A stretch of DNA of 60,129 nt from Hormoscilla sp. Its GTDB lineage: Bacteria > Cyanobacteriota > Cyanobacteriia > Cyanobacteriales > Desertifilaceae. The notes below the pieces were generated by a model. The model had not been told where the DNA came from, ran no database searches, and saw nothing but the letters and a program-made list of their open reading frames with translations. Positions within the stretch are counted from its first letter, which is position 1, and each line of letters starts with the position of its first letter. The translations under genes were made by a program, and so were the position numbers. The stretch lies in contig JBFRWI010000111.1 of assembly GCA_051439505.1 (NCBI GenBank), forward strand, positions 1 to 60,129, read 5' to 3'. Shown piece after piece: positions 1 through 8,387 of this stretch.

Positions 1-34
1 GTCTCGTGGGCTCGGAGATGTGTATAAGAGACAG
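1..34 (+). other. Nextera/Tn5 sequencing adapter (assembly artefact)
   Basis: Exact GTCTCGTGGGCTCGGAGATGTGTATAAGAGACAG, the Nextera read-2 adapter ending in the Tn5 mosaic end, at the contig start. Confidence 0.98.
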
Positions 35-147
35 CTCTTGGGTAGTGCGATTAGCGCTCCCAAGAGACATCGCGAGGGGGGATCCGGCCACTGGGGTATG
101 CGATGTTCGATCAACGGGTTTTGACCACACCCTTCTACAATTAATAT

Positions 148-199
148 AGCCCGCGCAGGCGGGCTTGGTTTGTTTAGCCGGACCCTTTAGGGTTCGGGC
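148..199. repeat. Palindromic dispersed repeat family A (double hairpin)
   Basis: AGCCCGCGCAGGCGGGCT hairpin plus a second hairpin with a TTTA loop. Further copies at ~707-759, 4620-4670, 17001-17052, 37872-37922 and 38047-38098, in both orientations. Confidence 0.9.
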
Positions 200-238
200 T
201 GGGTAGCTACAGAAACAAGGGAAAAGCGAGGAGACAAA

Positions 239-676
239 ATGAAGATTGTCAATGAGATAATTTACCTAGAGACAGAAACAGGGATCTGCATCTACAACAT
301 TACCCCTCAGATCCAGAAAGTTATTGACAGCAACTCCGTCACCAGCGGTCAGGTAACCGTGTTTTCGCGACACACAACCACTGCCTTGGCGATCAATGAA
401 AATGAAGAAAGATTGCTAAAAGATGTGAAGGTGCATCTGTTAAAGTTAGCGCCAGATACGGAAAAATATCTGCATAACGACCTGCATTTGCGAGATGTTC
501 CCGATGACGAACCTATGAATGCCCATTCCCACCTGATGGCAATGATGTTAAGCACTTCGGAAGTGATTCCCATTATTGATGGTAAGTTAGCTTTGGGTAC
601 CTGGCAATCAGTGTTATTTTTTGAGTTGGACGGTCCCCGGAACAGGACTTTTCTCCTACAGGTTTGGGGCGAATGA
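239..676 (+). CDS. yjbQ: YjbQ/UPF0047 family protein (secondary thiamine-phosphate synthase)
   Basis: Motifs HTTTALAINENE, YLHND, NAHSHL and LGTWQSVLFFELDGPR; GAGGAG RBS upstream. Confidence 0.9.
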   Translation: MKIVNEIIYLETETGICIYNITPQIQKVIDSNSVTSGQVTVFSRHTTTALAINENEERLLKDVKVHLLKLAPDTEKYLHNDLHLRDVPDDEPMNAHSHLMAMMLSTSEVIPIIDGKLALGTWQSVLFFELDGPRNRTFLLQVWGE

Positions 677-678
677 AG

Positions 679-783
679 GGGTGCATATCATATTTGCGTT
701 GCTGCCTGCCCGAACCCTAAAGGGTCCGGCTACTTGAACTTAGCCCGCCTGCGCGGGCTTAATTACAAAAGTGAGATGCACCC
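679..783. mobile_element. MITE with GGGTGCAT... terminal inverted repeats, carrying a family A palindrome
   Basis: Left end GGGTGCATATCATATTTG, right end CAAAAGTGAGATGCACCC. Identical 8-bp flanks GAATGAAG at 671-678 and 784-791 form a target-site duplication. Confidence 0.85.
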
Positions 784-813
784 GAATGAAGCGTTAAGTG
801 CGATCGGATAACC

Positions 814-1449
814 ATGCAGAACCAAACCCGTAAACCACCAACATCCTATAGCCAATTTCTTACAGTTCGAGAGGTCAAAGAGTTTTTGCACCTCTCCACT
901 GTTGAAGGCGTTTGCTTCTTACTTGATGTTCCTCCTGTGGAACCTTCTCCGGCCCTGCGAGAATACCTGGCAGAAACTATTCCTATTGCAGTAGCATCGG
1001 GGAGTGAAAAAGCAAAATCTGAGCTAATTGTAACTCCTGTTTTAGTTGAAGTCAGACGTTTTTTAGAACGACAAGTAAGTTTGTTTTCAGGAGAAGATTT
1101 CACTGTAGACGAAAGTTTGGGATTAAAAGGACGCTGCGATTTCCTGCTGAGTCGATCGCCCGAAATGCTGGCGATCGAGGCCCCAGTAGTAATAATTGTA
1201 GAGGCAAAGCAAGCCGATTTGAAAACAGGATTAGGGCAATGCCTAGCAGAAATGGTAGCAGCACAGCGCTTTAACCGGGAACATAATCAAGAGATTTCCA
1301 CGATATACGGCAGTGTCAGCAATGGCACTCAATGGCAGTTCCTGAAGCTAGAAGGTAAAACTGCTACCATCGACCTCTCGGTTTATTCATTACCGCCCGT
1401 AGAACAAATTCTGGGCTTTTTAGTCTGGATGGTACAGCAAAATTTATAG
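814..1449 (+). CDS. Cyanobacterial PD-(D/E)XK-like protein (resembles the type I restriction HsdR N-terminal domain)
   Basis: SEKAKSE, GRCDFL, IIVEAK, GLGQCLAEM and SNGTQWQF motifs; paralogous to 7448-8068. Confidence 0.7.
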   Translation: MQNQTRKPPTSYSQFLTVREVKEFLHLSTVEGVCFLLDVPPVEPSPALREYLAETIPIAVASGSEKAKSELIVTPVLVEVRRFLERQVSLFSGEDFTVDESLGLKGRCDFLLSRSPEMLAIEAPVVIIVEAKQADLKTGLGQCLAEMVAAQRFNREHNQEISTIYGSVSNGTQWQFLKLEGKTATIDLSVYSLPPVEQILGFLVWMVQQNL

Positions 1450-1496
1450 CTTCGTTGTCAGCCCGCCAGGTTGATGGCAGCCAGAGAGTGATCCAA

Positions 1497-1634
1497 TTGT
1501 AGGGTGGGCACCGCCCACCAGACCATCAGGAGTGAGAAAATTGTAGGATGGGCACCGCCCACCAGACCGCAAGGAGTGAGAAAATTGTAGGGTGGGCACC
1601 GCCCACCAGACCACAAGGAGTGAGAAAATTGTAG
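1497..1634. repeat. Tandem array of three 44-bp REP-like units (GTAG-GGTGGGCACCGCCCACC)
   Basis: Units start at 1497, 1541 and 1585. Each has a GTAG tetranucleotide plus a hairpin, and the linkers are near-identical. Confidence 0.9.
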
Positions 1635-1829
1635 AATGTAAGGTGGGCGCTAGATGGTGGCTGACCGGTGCAGGGCGATCGGGCAATCCTCAAAAAGCTA
1701 AGAAACCAGGTTGCAATTCAGGCAGAGAGTGATATAATTGTCGGGTAGGCACCGCCGGCACCCCCCAGCAGGCACAGCCCACCAGACCGAAATTCATGAA
1801 GCAAGTCGTGCGCGAAAAGGAGTAGAATA

Positions 1830-3521
1830 TTGCTGCGAGAGTACCAACTGACCAATTTCAAAGCATTTGCCGGACCGGAGAAACTACCGATTCGACCCAT
1901 CACGCTGATCTACGGTCCCAACTCTTCTGGCAAGAGTTCGGTGCTGCAATCACTCCTGCTGCTCAAACAGACTCTCCAGGAAGCTGAAGACCCCGATACT
2001 GTATTGTTACCCAAGGGCAATCTCGTCAACCTGGGCAGTTATCGGGAATTCGTCCACCGGCACGATGTCAGTCAGTCTTTCTCGTTCAAGGTAAAGCTGG
2101 AACTGGAGGAACGACAACTGCAAGAGGATTTTGGGAAGATCGTTCCCAAAGATTTTGAGTTGGCTCCAATTTTAGAATTGCAGGTCGCATTTGCCTATGA
2201 TAAAGAAGAATCGAATGTAGTGCTATCCAGTATTGAGCTGTTTTTGGGTGACGATCCATCTTCATTGATATGCTATAGACATTTAGAACAAAATGACATA
2301 GCAGATGAGAGTGAGACATTTCAGAAGACAACATTAAAACGAGATTTAATTAACTACGAACAGAAAATCTGGTTAATATGGTATGAGAGAGTGAAGGAAG
2401 TGATATATAAGAATAGGGAGGAAGAGGTAGATAGAAGATTTATAAAGTTTGGATTACATGAAAATCGGAAAGGATGGAAAAAAAGATTGCCAGAAGAACT
2501 ATTTGATTGTGAAAAGGAGTTTGAAGATAAGTTAAGAAAAAATTGGTATCAAGAAAAGGAAATAGAGAAAAGATATGTCGAAAAAGTATTGTTTTCGATT
2601 AAATCGTTGATTAGATTGTGGGAGCATTTTGAAGATTACAGTTGGGATCAAGCCAAGGAAGACTTGTCAAAGTTAAGCACCGAACCATATCTGTACTGCC
2701 GAGGTTTTTTACCAGTCCGATCGGATGACCAGGATTTAGAAGAATCGAAGCCTTCAGAAGAAGTATGGAAATTATCTGATGTTTACAAACCCAAAAATCC
2801 CCCTAATATTTCCGATCTGACTATACTAGCTAGCGAGGTATGCCGATCGCTCTTTGAAGAAATGACATACATCGGACCCCTGCGGGAGTACCCAGAAAGG
2901 ATTTATACTTTTAGCGGTAACACGGGCAAGCAGGTGGGCAAGTCGGGAAAAATGGTGCCAGACATTTTGTTCAAAAATCCCGAACTCCTCCAGCGTGTGA
3001 ACGATCGCCTGAAGAGTTTCGACTTAAAATACGAATTTAAAGTAGCCAAATTCACCAACGCGGAAACCGGTGAAATGAGCGATATCTTTGCTTTGCAGCT
3101 AGTTGATGAGTATACAGGAGTGAATGTCAGCTTGCAAGATGTCGGTTTTGGCATCAGTCAAGTTTTGCCAATTATCGTCCAGAGTATGCTCTCTCGCAAC
3201 ACAACTCTGCTGTTCGAGCAACCAGAAATTCACATCCACCCCCGCTTGCAAGCAGAACTGGGTTCCCTGCTGGCAGAATGTATCAAGGCACCTATCAATA
3301 ATCAGTTTATCATAGAAACCCACAGCGAACACCTCATGCTCAGGCTTCAGAAGTTAATTAGAAAAAAAGAACTAAAACCGGAAGATATATCTGTAATTTA
3401 TGTCGATCGAGGGGCGGAAGGCTCCAAATGCTTGTCATTGAGACTAGATAAAGAAGGCGACTTCATCGACGAGTGGCCGGATGGATTTTTTGAAGAAGAC
3501 TTTAACGAGATTTTTGGCTGA
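1830..3521 (+). CDS. ABC-type AAA ATPase (AAA_15/AAA_21-like) with C-terminal DUF3696-like domain; putative defence protein
   Basis: N-terminal LTNFKAF, Walker A GPNSSGKS, signature VGFGISQVLP, Walker B LLFEQPEIHIHP, H-loop ETHSEH, C-terminal GDFIDEWPDGFF. TTG start after AAGGAG. Confidence 0.85.
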   Translation: MLREYQLTNFKAFAGPEKLPIRPITLIYGPNSSGKSSVLQSLLLLKQTLQEAEDPDTVLLPKGNLVNLGSYREFVHRHDVSQSFSFKVKLELEERQLQEDFGKIVPKDFELAPILELQVAFAYDKEESNVVLSSIELFLGDDPSSLICYRHLEQNDIADESETFQKTTLKRDLINYEQKIWLIWYERVKEVIYKNREEEVDRRFIKFGLHENRKGWKKRLPEELFDCEKEFEDKLRKNWYQEKEIEKRYVEKVLFSIKSLIRLWEHFEDYSWDQAKEDLSKLSTEPYLYCRGFLPVRSDDQDLEESKPSEEVWKLSDVYKPKNPPNISDLTILASEVCRSLFEEMTYIGPLREYPERIYTFSGNTGKQVGKSGKMVPDILFKNPELLQRVNDRLKSFDLKYEFKVAKFTNAETGEMSDIFALQLVDEYTGVNVSLQDVGFGISQVLPIIVQSMLSRNTTLLFEQPEIHIHPRLQAELGSLLAECIKAPINNQFIIETHSEHLMLRLQKLIRKKELKPEDISVIYVDRGAEGSKCLSLRLDKEGDFIDEWPDGFFEEDFNEIFG

Positions 3522-3522
3522 T

Positions 3523-4515
3523 ATGTTAGTCCCGACTGTACTCTTACCCTCCGTTCTAACGGCGACTACTGACGATAGCGATAGCTTTGGCAAATTGTTA
3601 GAACTGTTGATAAATATAGAAAAAAGTCGAATTGGTGTTATTTTGGTAGATGAGCACCAGCGCCTTTGGAATTACCTCTTACAGAGAGTAAACGAATGGC
3701 CGCAAGCAAAGCGAACTAAGCTGCAAACACTCTTGAAAAAAGTCCGCAAAAATAAGAGTTTTGTTTCAGTCACATTAGACAATAAAATTGAATCAAATTG
3801 CTCTAATAAGCATTGCGATTCCGGCATTTGCATAGCAAAGCAGCATTTAACAAAGGCAGTAGTAGCACGTCAGGATTGCCATCCCTGTGCCATAACACAG
3901 TTGGCAGGAAGTTCCGCCCTCGAAATCGTCAATTTGGATGAGGAAAAGAGCACAGAATATTTTTACAACATTCTGGGAAAATCAGATCGCGTTTTTCCTA
4001 ATGGAGTCAATTTGGAACAGTTCAAGCAGGAAATAATTCTCCCGATATTTAGATATTCTAAGAACGTAAAAATATACGATCGTTATGTAGGAAGGTCTAT
4101 TTTGAGAAGAAATGCTAAAAACTATAAGTCTATGCTAGAATGGCTACTGGAGGTATTTGCGGATAACTCACGCCAAGGCATTTTTGAAGTTTACTGTGGG
4201 TTCAAGCCGAAAAATTTATCACAAAGTGATGAGGAAAAAAGCAAGGCGAAAACAAAACTCAAGCAGTTGGAAGCATATTTTCAAAATATTTACCCTCAAT
4301 TTAAGTTAATTGTCAAGGATGAAACGAAAGGCAAAGAATTTATCCACGATCGCTATATAATCACAGATCAGTTGGCAATATCTATGGGTCGCGGAATAGG
4401 TTTGCTGTCAGAAGAATTATCATCACCAGAGGATTGGCTGTTAGATTTCAATATCGCATGCTGTTCGGAACCTGGTGAAATAGAGGCGGCTGTACGTAGT
4501 TTACCAGATTTGTGA
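3523..4515 (+). CDS. Hypothetical protein with C-terminal PLD-like (MIT_C-type) domain
   Basis: ATG 1 nt after the ATPase stop, implying coupling. VKIYDRY and HDRYIITD...SMGRG motifs resemble MIT_C/PLD-fold domains. Confidence 0.6.
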   Translation: MLVPTVLLPSVLTATTDDSDSFGKLLELLINIEKSRIGVILVDEHQRLWNYLLQRVNEWPQAKRTKLQTLLKKVRKNKSFVSVTLDNKIESNCSNKHCDSGICIAKQHLTKAVVARQDCHPCAITQLAGSSALEIVNLDEEKSTEYFYNILGKSDRVFPNGVNLEQFKQEIILPIFRYSKNVKIYDRYVGRSILRRNAKNYKSMLEWLLEVFADNSRQGIFEVYCGFKPKNLSQSDEEKSKAKTKLKQLEAYFQNIYPQFKLIVKDETKGKEFIHDRYIITDQLAISMGRGIGLLSEELSSPEDWLLDFNIACCSEPGEIEAAVRSLPDL

Positions 4516-4661
4516 ACGGGATACTCCACAAACCGGGCGATTTAATTTTATGCAAATGCATTTATTTTCAAGCATAGGGCTAAGCTAAATTGTAAATATG
4601 CGCGGATTTTCAATACAATAGCCCGCGCAGGCGGGCTTTGTTTGTGTAGCCCCAGTCTTTA

Positions 4662-4712
4662 GGCTGGGGGTTGGGGGGCTGGGGCTGGGGGCTGGGGGCT
4701 GGGGGCTGGGGG
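4662..4712. repeat. Heptamer tandem repeat (GGGGCTG)n
   Basis: About six consecutive GGGGCTG-type units following a family A palindrome. Confidence 0.85.
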
Positions 4713-4897
4713 CGATCGCACGGACAGAGAAGCCACCGGTTCCGACGGCGGAATCCCGTACCATGTCCTTGATGCCTTGATGATGTTAAGCTGATTGGTG
4801 CTGTTGAGCACAGTCGTGAATTTATCTTTCTCTTAATCTCAGAACCAGTGACGGGCAGGCAAACGAGCAGCCCCACGGACCATTAACCACCGACATA

Positions 4898-6289
4898 ATG
4901 ACACAACTGACACCTAACTCTAGCTTTAGCTTAAAGATTCGCCTAGAATTGCCCAATCGCGCGGGATCCTTGGCCAGCGTTACCCAGGCGATCGCCTCTG
5001 TGGGGGGCAACCTGGACGAGATTAGTTTGATCGATCGCACCCGCGAAATGGCAGTGCGGGAGATCGTCGTAGATGCCTCCAGTACGGAACATAGCGAGAA
5101 AATTGTGGAAGCGGTCAAGGCCCTGCCGGAAATTAAGGTACTCCAGGTCTCCGATCGCACCTTCGACATGCATCAAGGGGGTAAAATCACCGTCGGTAGC
5201 AAGCTGCCATTAAGGGGTCAGGAGGATCTGGCCATGGCCTATACCCCCGGCGTGGGTCGCATCTGTAGGGCGATCGCCGAAAAGCCCGAAGAAGTCTACA
5301 ACTTGACCATCAAGAAAAATACCGTGGCCATTGTCAGCGATGGCAGTGCCGTACTCGGGTTAGGGAACCTGGGTCCGGAGGCGGCCCTGCCAGTGATGGA
5401 AGGCAAGGCCATGCTATTCAAAGAATTCGGCGGCCTTGACGCTTTCCCCATCTGCCTGACTAGCCAGGATACAGATACCATTGTCGAAACAGTCAAGCAG
5501 ATCGCCCCGGTCTTCGGCGGCGTTAACCTGGAAGACATCAGCGCCCCCCGTTGCTTTGAAATTGAAAAGCGCCTGCGACAGGAATTAGATATCCCCATCT
5601 TTCACGACGACCAACATGGCACGGCCATTGTCACCCTGGCAGCTTTGTACAATGCCCTGAAGGTGGTGAAAAAATCTATCGAAGAGGTGCGGATCGTCTT
5701 TAACGGGGCCGGGGCCTCGGGAATTTCGGTCGCCCGCTTGCTACGTCAAGCGGGGGCCAAGACTATCTTGATGTGCGATCGCCAGGGAATTCTTTCCACT
5801 CAGCGCAGCGACCTCACCCCAGAAAAGCAAGAGTTTGCTGTCTCGGGATCTGGCACCCTGGCCGGGGCCATCCAGGGGGCAGATGTCTTCATCGGTCTGA
5901 GTGGTCCCGGTCTCTTGACCCCGGAAATGGTGCGATCGATGGCCAAAGACCCGATCGTGTTTGCCATGGCCAACCCCATTCCCGAAATTCAGCCAGAGTT
6001 AGTTGCCAACGATGTCGCAGTTATGGCTACAGGTCGCAGCGACTATCCCAATCAAATTAACAATGTGTTAGCATTCCCCGGAGTGCTGCGGGGGGCTTTA
6101 GACTGTCGGGCATCCGCCCTGACCACTAAAATGTATCAGGAAGCAGGATCCGCGATCGCATCCTTGGTCGCCCCCAGCGATCTGCACCGAGAAAACATCA
6201 TCCCCTCCGTCTTCGATCCGCGCGTTGCTAATGTCGTAGCTGCGGCGGTGCAACGTTGCGCCCGGGAAGAAGGCATTGCTAAATGTTAA
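4898..6289 (+). CDS. Malic enzyme (oxaloacetate-decarboxylating malate dehydrogenase) with N-terminal ACT domain
   Basis: AYTPGV, SDGSAVLGLGN, PVMEGK, NLEDI, HDDQHGT, GAGASG, ATGRSDYPNQINN motifs. Confidence 0.95.
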   Translation: MTQLTPNSSFSLKIRLELPNRAGSLASVTQAIASVGGNLDEISLIDRTREMAVREIVVDASSTEHSEKIVEAVKALPEIKVLQVSDRTFDMHQGGKITVGSKLPLRGQEDLAMAYTPGVGRICRAIAEKPEEVYNLTIKKNTVAIVSDGSAVLGLGNLGPEAALPVMEGKAMLFKEFGGLDAFPICLTSQDTDTIVETVKQIAPVFGGVNLEDISAPRCFEIEKRLRQELDIPIFHDDQHGTAIVTLAALYNALKVVKKSIEEVRIVFNGAGASGISVARLLRQAGAKTILMCDRQGILSTQRSDLTPEKQEFAVSGSGTLAGAIQGADVFIGLSGPGLLTPEMVRSMAKDPIVFAMANPIPEIQPELVANDVAVMATGRSDYPNQINNVLAFPGVLRGALDCRASALTTKMYQEAGSAIASLVAPSDLHRENIIPSVFDPRVANVVAAAVQRCAREEGIAKC

Positions 6290-6365
6290 TTGTTAATGGC
6301 AATGGCTAATGGCTAATGGCTAATTGCTAATGGCTAATTGCTAATGGCTAATTGCTAATGGTAAA
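6284..6365. repeat. Heptamer STRR-type tandem repeat (GGCTAAT/TGCTAAT)n
   Basis: About 11 heptamer units between the malic enzyme gene and hisA; related units in inverse orientation at ~22382-22425. Confidence 0.9.
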
Positions 6366-6417
6366 TTGTTCATTGCCATTAGCAGGCCAAACCGAGGTTG
6401 ATAATAACAAGTGAAAT

Positions 6418-7191
6418 ATGGATGTAATACCCGCGATCGATTTACTAGAAGGCAAATGCGTGCGCTTGTATCAGGGAGACTACGCACAACAGCAAATATT
6501 TGATGAAAATCCCGTTGCCGTAGCTAAACAGTGGGTAGACCAAGGTGCTACTAGACTCCACCTGGTAGACTTGGATGGTGCCAAAACTGGTGAACCGGTG
6601 AATCTGAAGGCGATCGCCGCCATTGTCCAAGCAATACCAGTGCCAGTACAGGTGGGAGGCGGTTTGCGGGACTATGCCAAAGTTGCCAACCTCCTGTCCT
6701 TAGGAGTACAACAGGCAATTGTGGGAACGGTGGCCGTAGAACAGCCCCAATTAGTAGGGGAATTATGCCGAGAATTTCCCGGACAAATTATCGTCGGCAT
6801 TGACGCCCGGGAGGGAAAAGTTGCCACCAGGGGTTGGCTAGAAACATCAGAAATATTAGCAACATCCCTCGCCCAGCAGATGGCAGCACAGGGGGCTGCT
6901 ACTATTATATACACAGATATTCAGCGGGATGGAACTCTCAAGGGTCCAAATATGGCAGCATTGAGAGAAGTTGCGGAAGCAGTTGATATTCCGGTAATTG
7001 CTTCTGGGGGAGTTAGCAGCATCACCGACCTTTTGAGTTTGCTATCACTGGAACCCCTGGGAGTACGGGGCGTAATTATCGGTCGCGCCCTCTATACAGG
7101 TGATGTGATCCTCAAAGAAGCATTGCAAGCAGTTGGTCCCGGACGCTTGCAGGACGTTCCCCCAAATTTAGGATATTCTACCTTTGCTTGA
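6418..7191 (+). CDS. hisA: ProFAR isomerase HisA
   Basis: [38 protein letters not shown] and GRALY motifs. Confidence 0.97.
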   Translation: MDVIPAIDLLEGKCVRLYQGDYAQQQIFDENPVAVAKQWVDQGATRLHLVDLDGAKTGEPVNLKAIAAIVQAIPVPVQVGGGLRDYAKVANLLSLGVQQAIVGTVAVEQPQLVGELCREFPGQIIVGIDAREGKVATRGWLETSEILATSLAQQMAAQGAATIIYTDIQRDGTLKGPNMAALREVAEAVDIPVIASGGVSSITDLLSLLSLEPLGVRGVIIGRALYTGDVILKEALQAVGPGRLQDVPPNLGYSTFA

Positions 7192-7256
7192 ATTGTGAAT
7201 GGAGAATTGTGAATGGAGAATTGTGAACGGAGAATTGTGAATGGAGAATTGTGAAT
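7190..7256. repeat. 14-bp tandem repeat (GAATTGTGAATGGA)n
   Basis: About 4.5 units immediately after the hisA stop. Confidence 0.9.
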
Positions 7257-7344
7257 GTGAGGGCGATCGCATGTTCGAGAAAAACCTTGTATAATGTTGG
7301 TGTCATAAAGCGTATATTTTTTCTTTCGCGAAAATGACAAATAT

Positions 7345-7398
7345 TTAGTCGGTTTTAACCGACTTTAGCTATTAGCCGGGGGTTTGAACCCCCGGCGG
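7345..7398. repeat. Double-hairpin repeat family B (AGTCGGTTTTAACCGACT...CCGGGGGTTTGAACCCCCGG)
   Basis: Inverted copies with compensatory changes at ~30490-30541 and ~58059-58128. Confidence 0.85.
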
Positions 7399-7447
7399 GC
7401 CATGAGACTCATCGAAACCCTGGTCGGATGACAACGAAATAATAACC

Positions 7448-8068
7448 ATGACAGAGAAACAGAAAAAGAAAATATTTTCCAGCTTTGATGAAAAGAAAGC
7501 TTTCAAGCAACTTCAAATAACCAAGTTATCCCGATGGGATATAGAAGCGCAACCGGTACAACCGAGTGAATTCTTTCATCAACGTCTAGCCAGACTGACA
7601 AGCAGGTTTAATTTGAAATATTCGGAAAAGGCGAAAGAATTATTAATTGATGCAATTTGTGAAGAAGGCTTAGAAGGATTTAACAATCTCATATTTTGGA
7701 AAGGTGCGGCTTTAGAAAGTGATGAATTAACCGGGAATGTAGACTATTTACTTACAGAAAATAAAGATTATTTAGAAGGGCCATTTTTATGCGTAGTTGA
7801 AGCCAAAAAGGATGACTTTGAAAAAGGATTGGCTCAATGTATGGTGGAAATGCAAGCCTGTCAGTGGAATAATCAACAACTAGGGAAAAATATCGATATT
7901 TTTGGCATAGTTACTAATGGGGAAGGCTGGAAATTTTACAAACTGACTGTAGCAGGCAGGGTTTATGAAACATTACTTTATTCTATCAGTAACTTATCAG
8001 ATATATTAGGAATATTACAGGATCTTTTCCAACAATGCGAAAGGGTAATTATACCACAAGAGGAATAA
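7448..8068 (+). CDS. Cyanobacterial PD-(D/E)XK-like protein, paralogue of 814-1449
   Basis: SEKAKE, GNVDYL, VVEAKK, GLAQCMVEM and TNGEGWKF motifs. Confidence 0.7.
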   Translation: MTEKQKKKIFSSFDEKKAFKQLQITKLSRWDIEAQPVQPSEFFHQRLARLTSRFNLKYSEKAKELLIDAICEEGLEGFNNLIFWKGAALESDELTGNVDYLLTENKDYLEGPFLCVVEAKKDDFEKGLAQCMVEMQACQWNNQQLGKNIDIFGIVTNGEGWKFYKLTVAGRVYETLLYSISNLSDILGILQDLFQQCERVIIPQEE

Positions 8069-8089
8069 GCGGTCCAGAAAAGCCCGATC

Positions 8090-8315
8090 CAATACTTCGT
8101 AGGTTTGTCATTGCGAGGGGGGTTACGTAGCGATTAACGGCCTGCTCAACTGATTTAACCCCCCCCCCCGAAGCAATCTCACCGACGACGCAGAAGGGCC
8201 CTTCATCTCATACAGGGACGGGGGGATTGCTTCGGGGGGATTGCTTCGAGGATCGACAAATAGTTTCTTCTGCTTGCCCCCCTCGCAATGACAAGTTGTT
8301 AACCGAGAAGTATTG
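8090..8315. mobile_element. MITE with CAATACTT...AAGTATTG termini, copy 1
   Basis: 10-bp TSD AAGCCCGATC (8080-8089 and 8316-8325); internal GTCATTGCGAG...CTCGCAATGAC long palindrome. Confidence 0.9.
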
Positions 8316-8387
8316 AAGCCCGATCGGGGGCACGATGTTTGCTAAACTACAGAGAATCAAACCAGAAGGGAGCATTTACCAAAGCTT

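Noticed and set aside
1..34. Natural Tn5/IS50 end
   Set aside because: It is the synthetic mosaic end plus the Nextera primer tail, at position 1.
1497..1634. Possible CRISPR array
   Set aside because: The sequences between palindromes are near-identical rather than unique spacers, and there are no cas genes. It is a tandem REP array.
4610..4876. Pro-rich 88-aa ORF
   Set aside because: It is translated from heptamer repeats and a family A palindrome; the same YTNKARLRGL peptide appears in the repeat-derived ORF at 38043.
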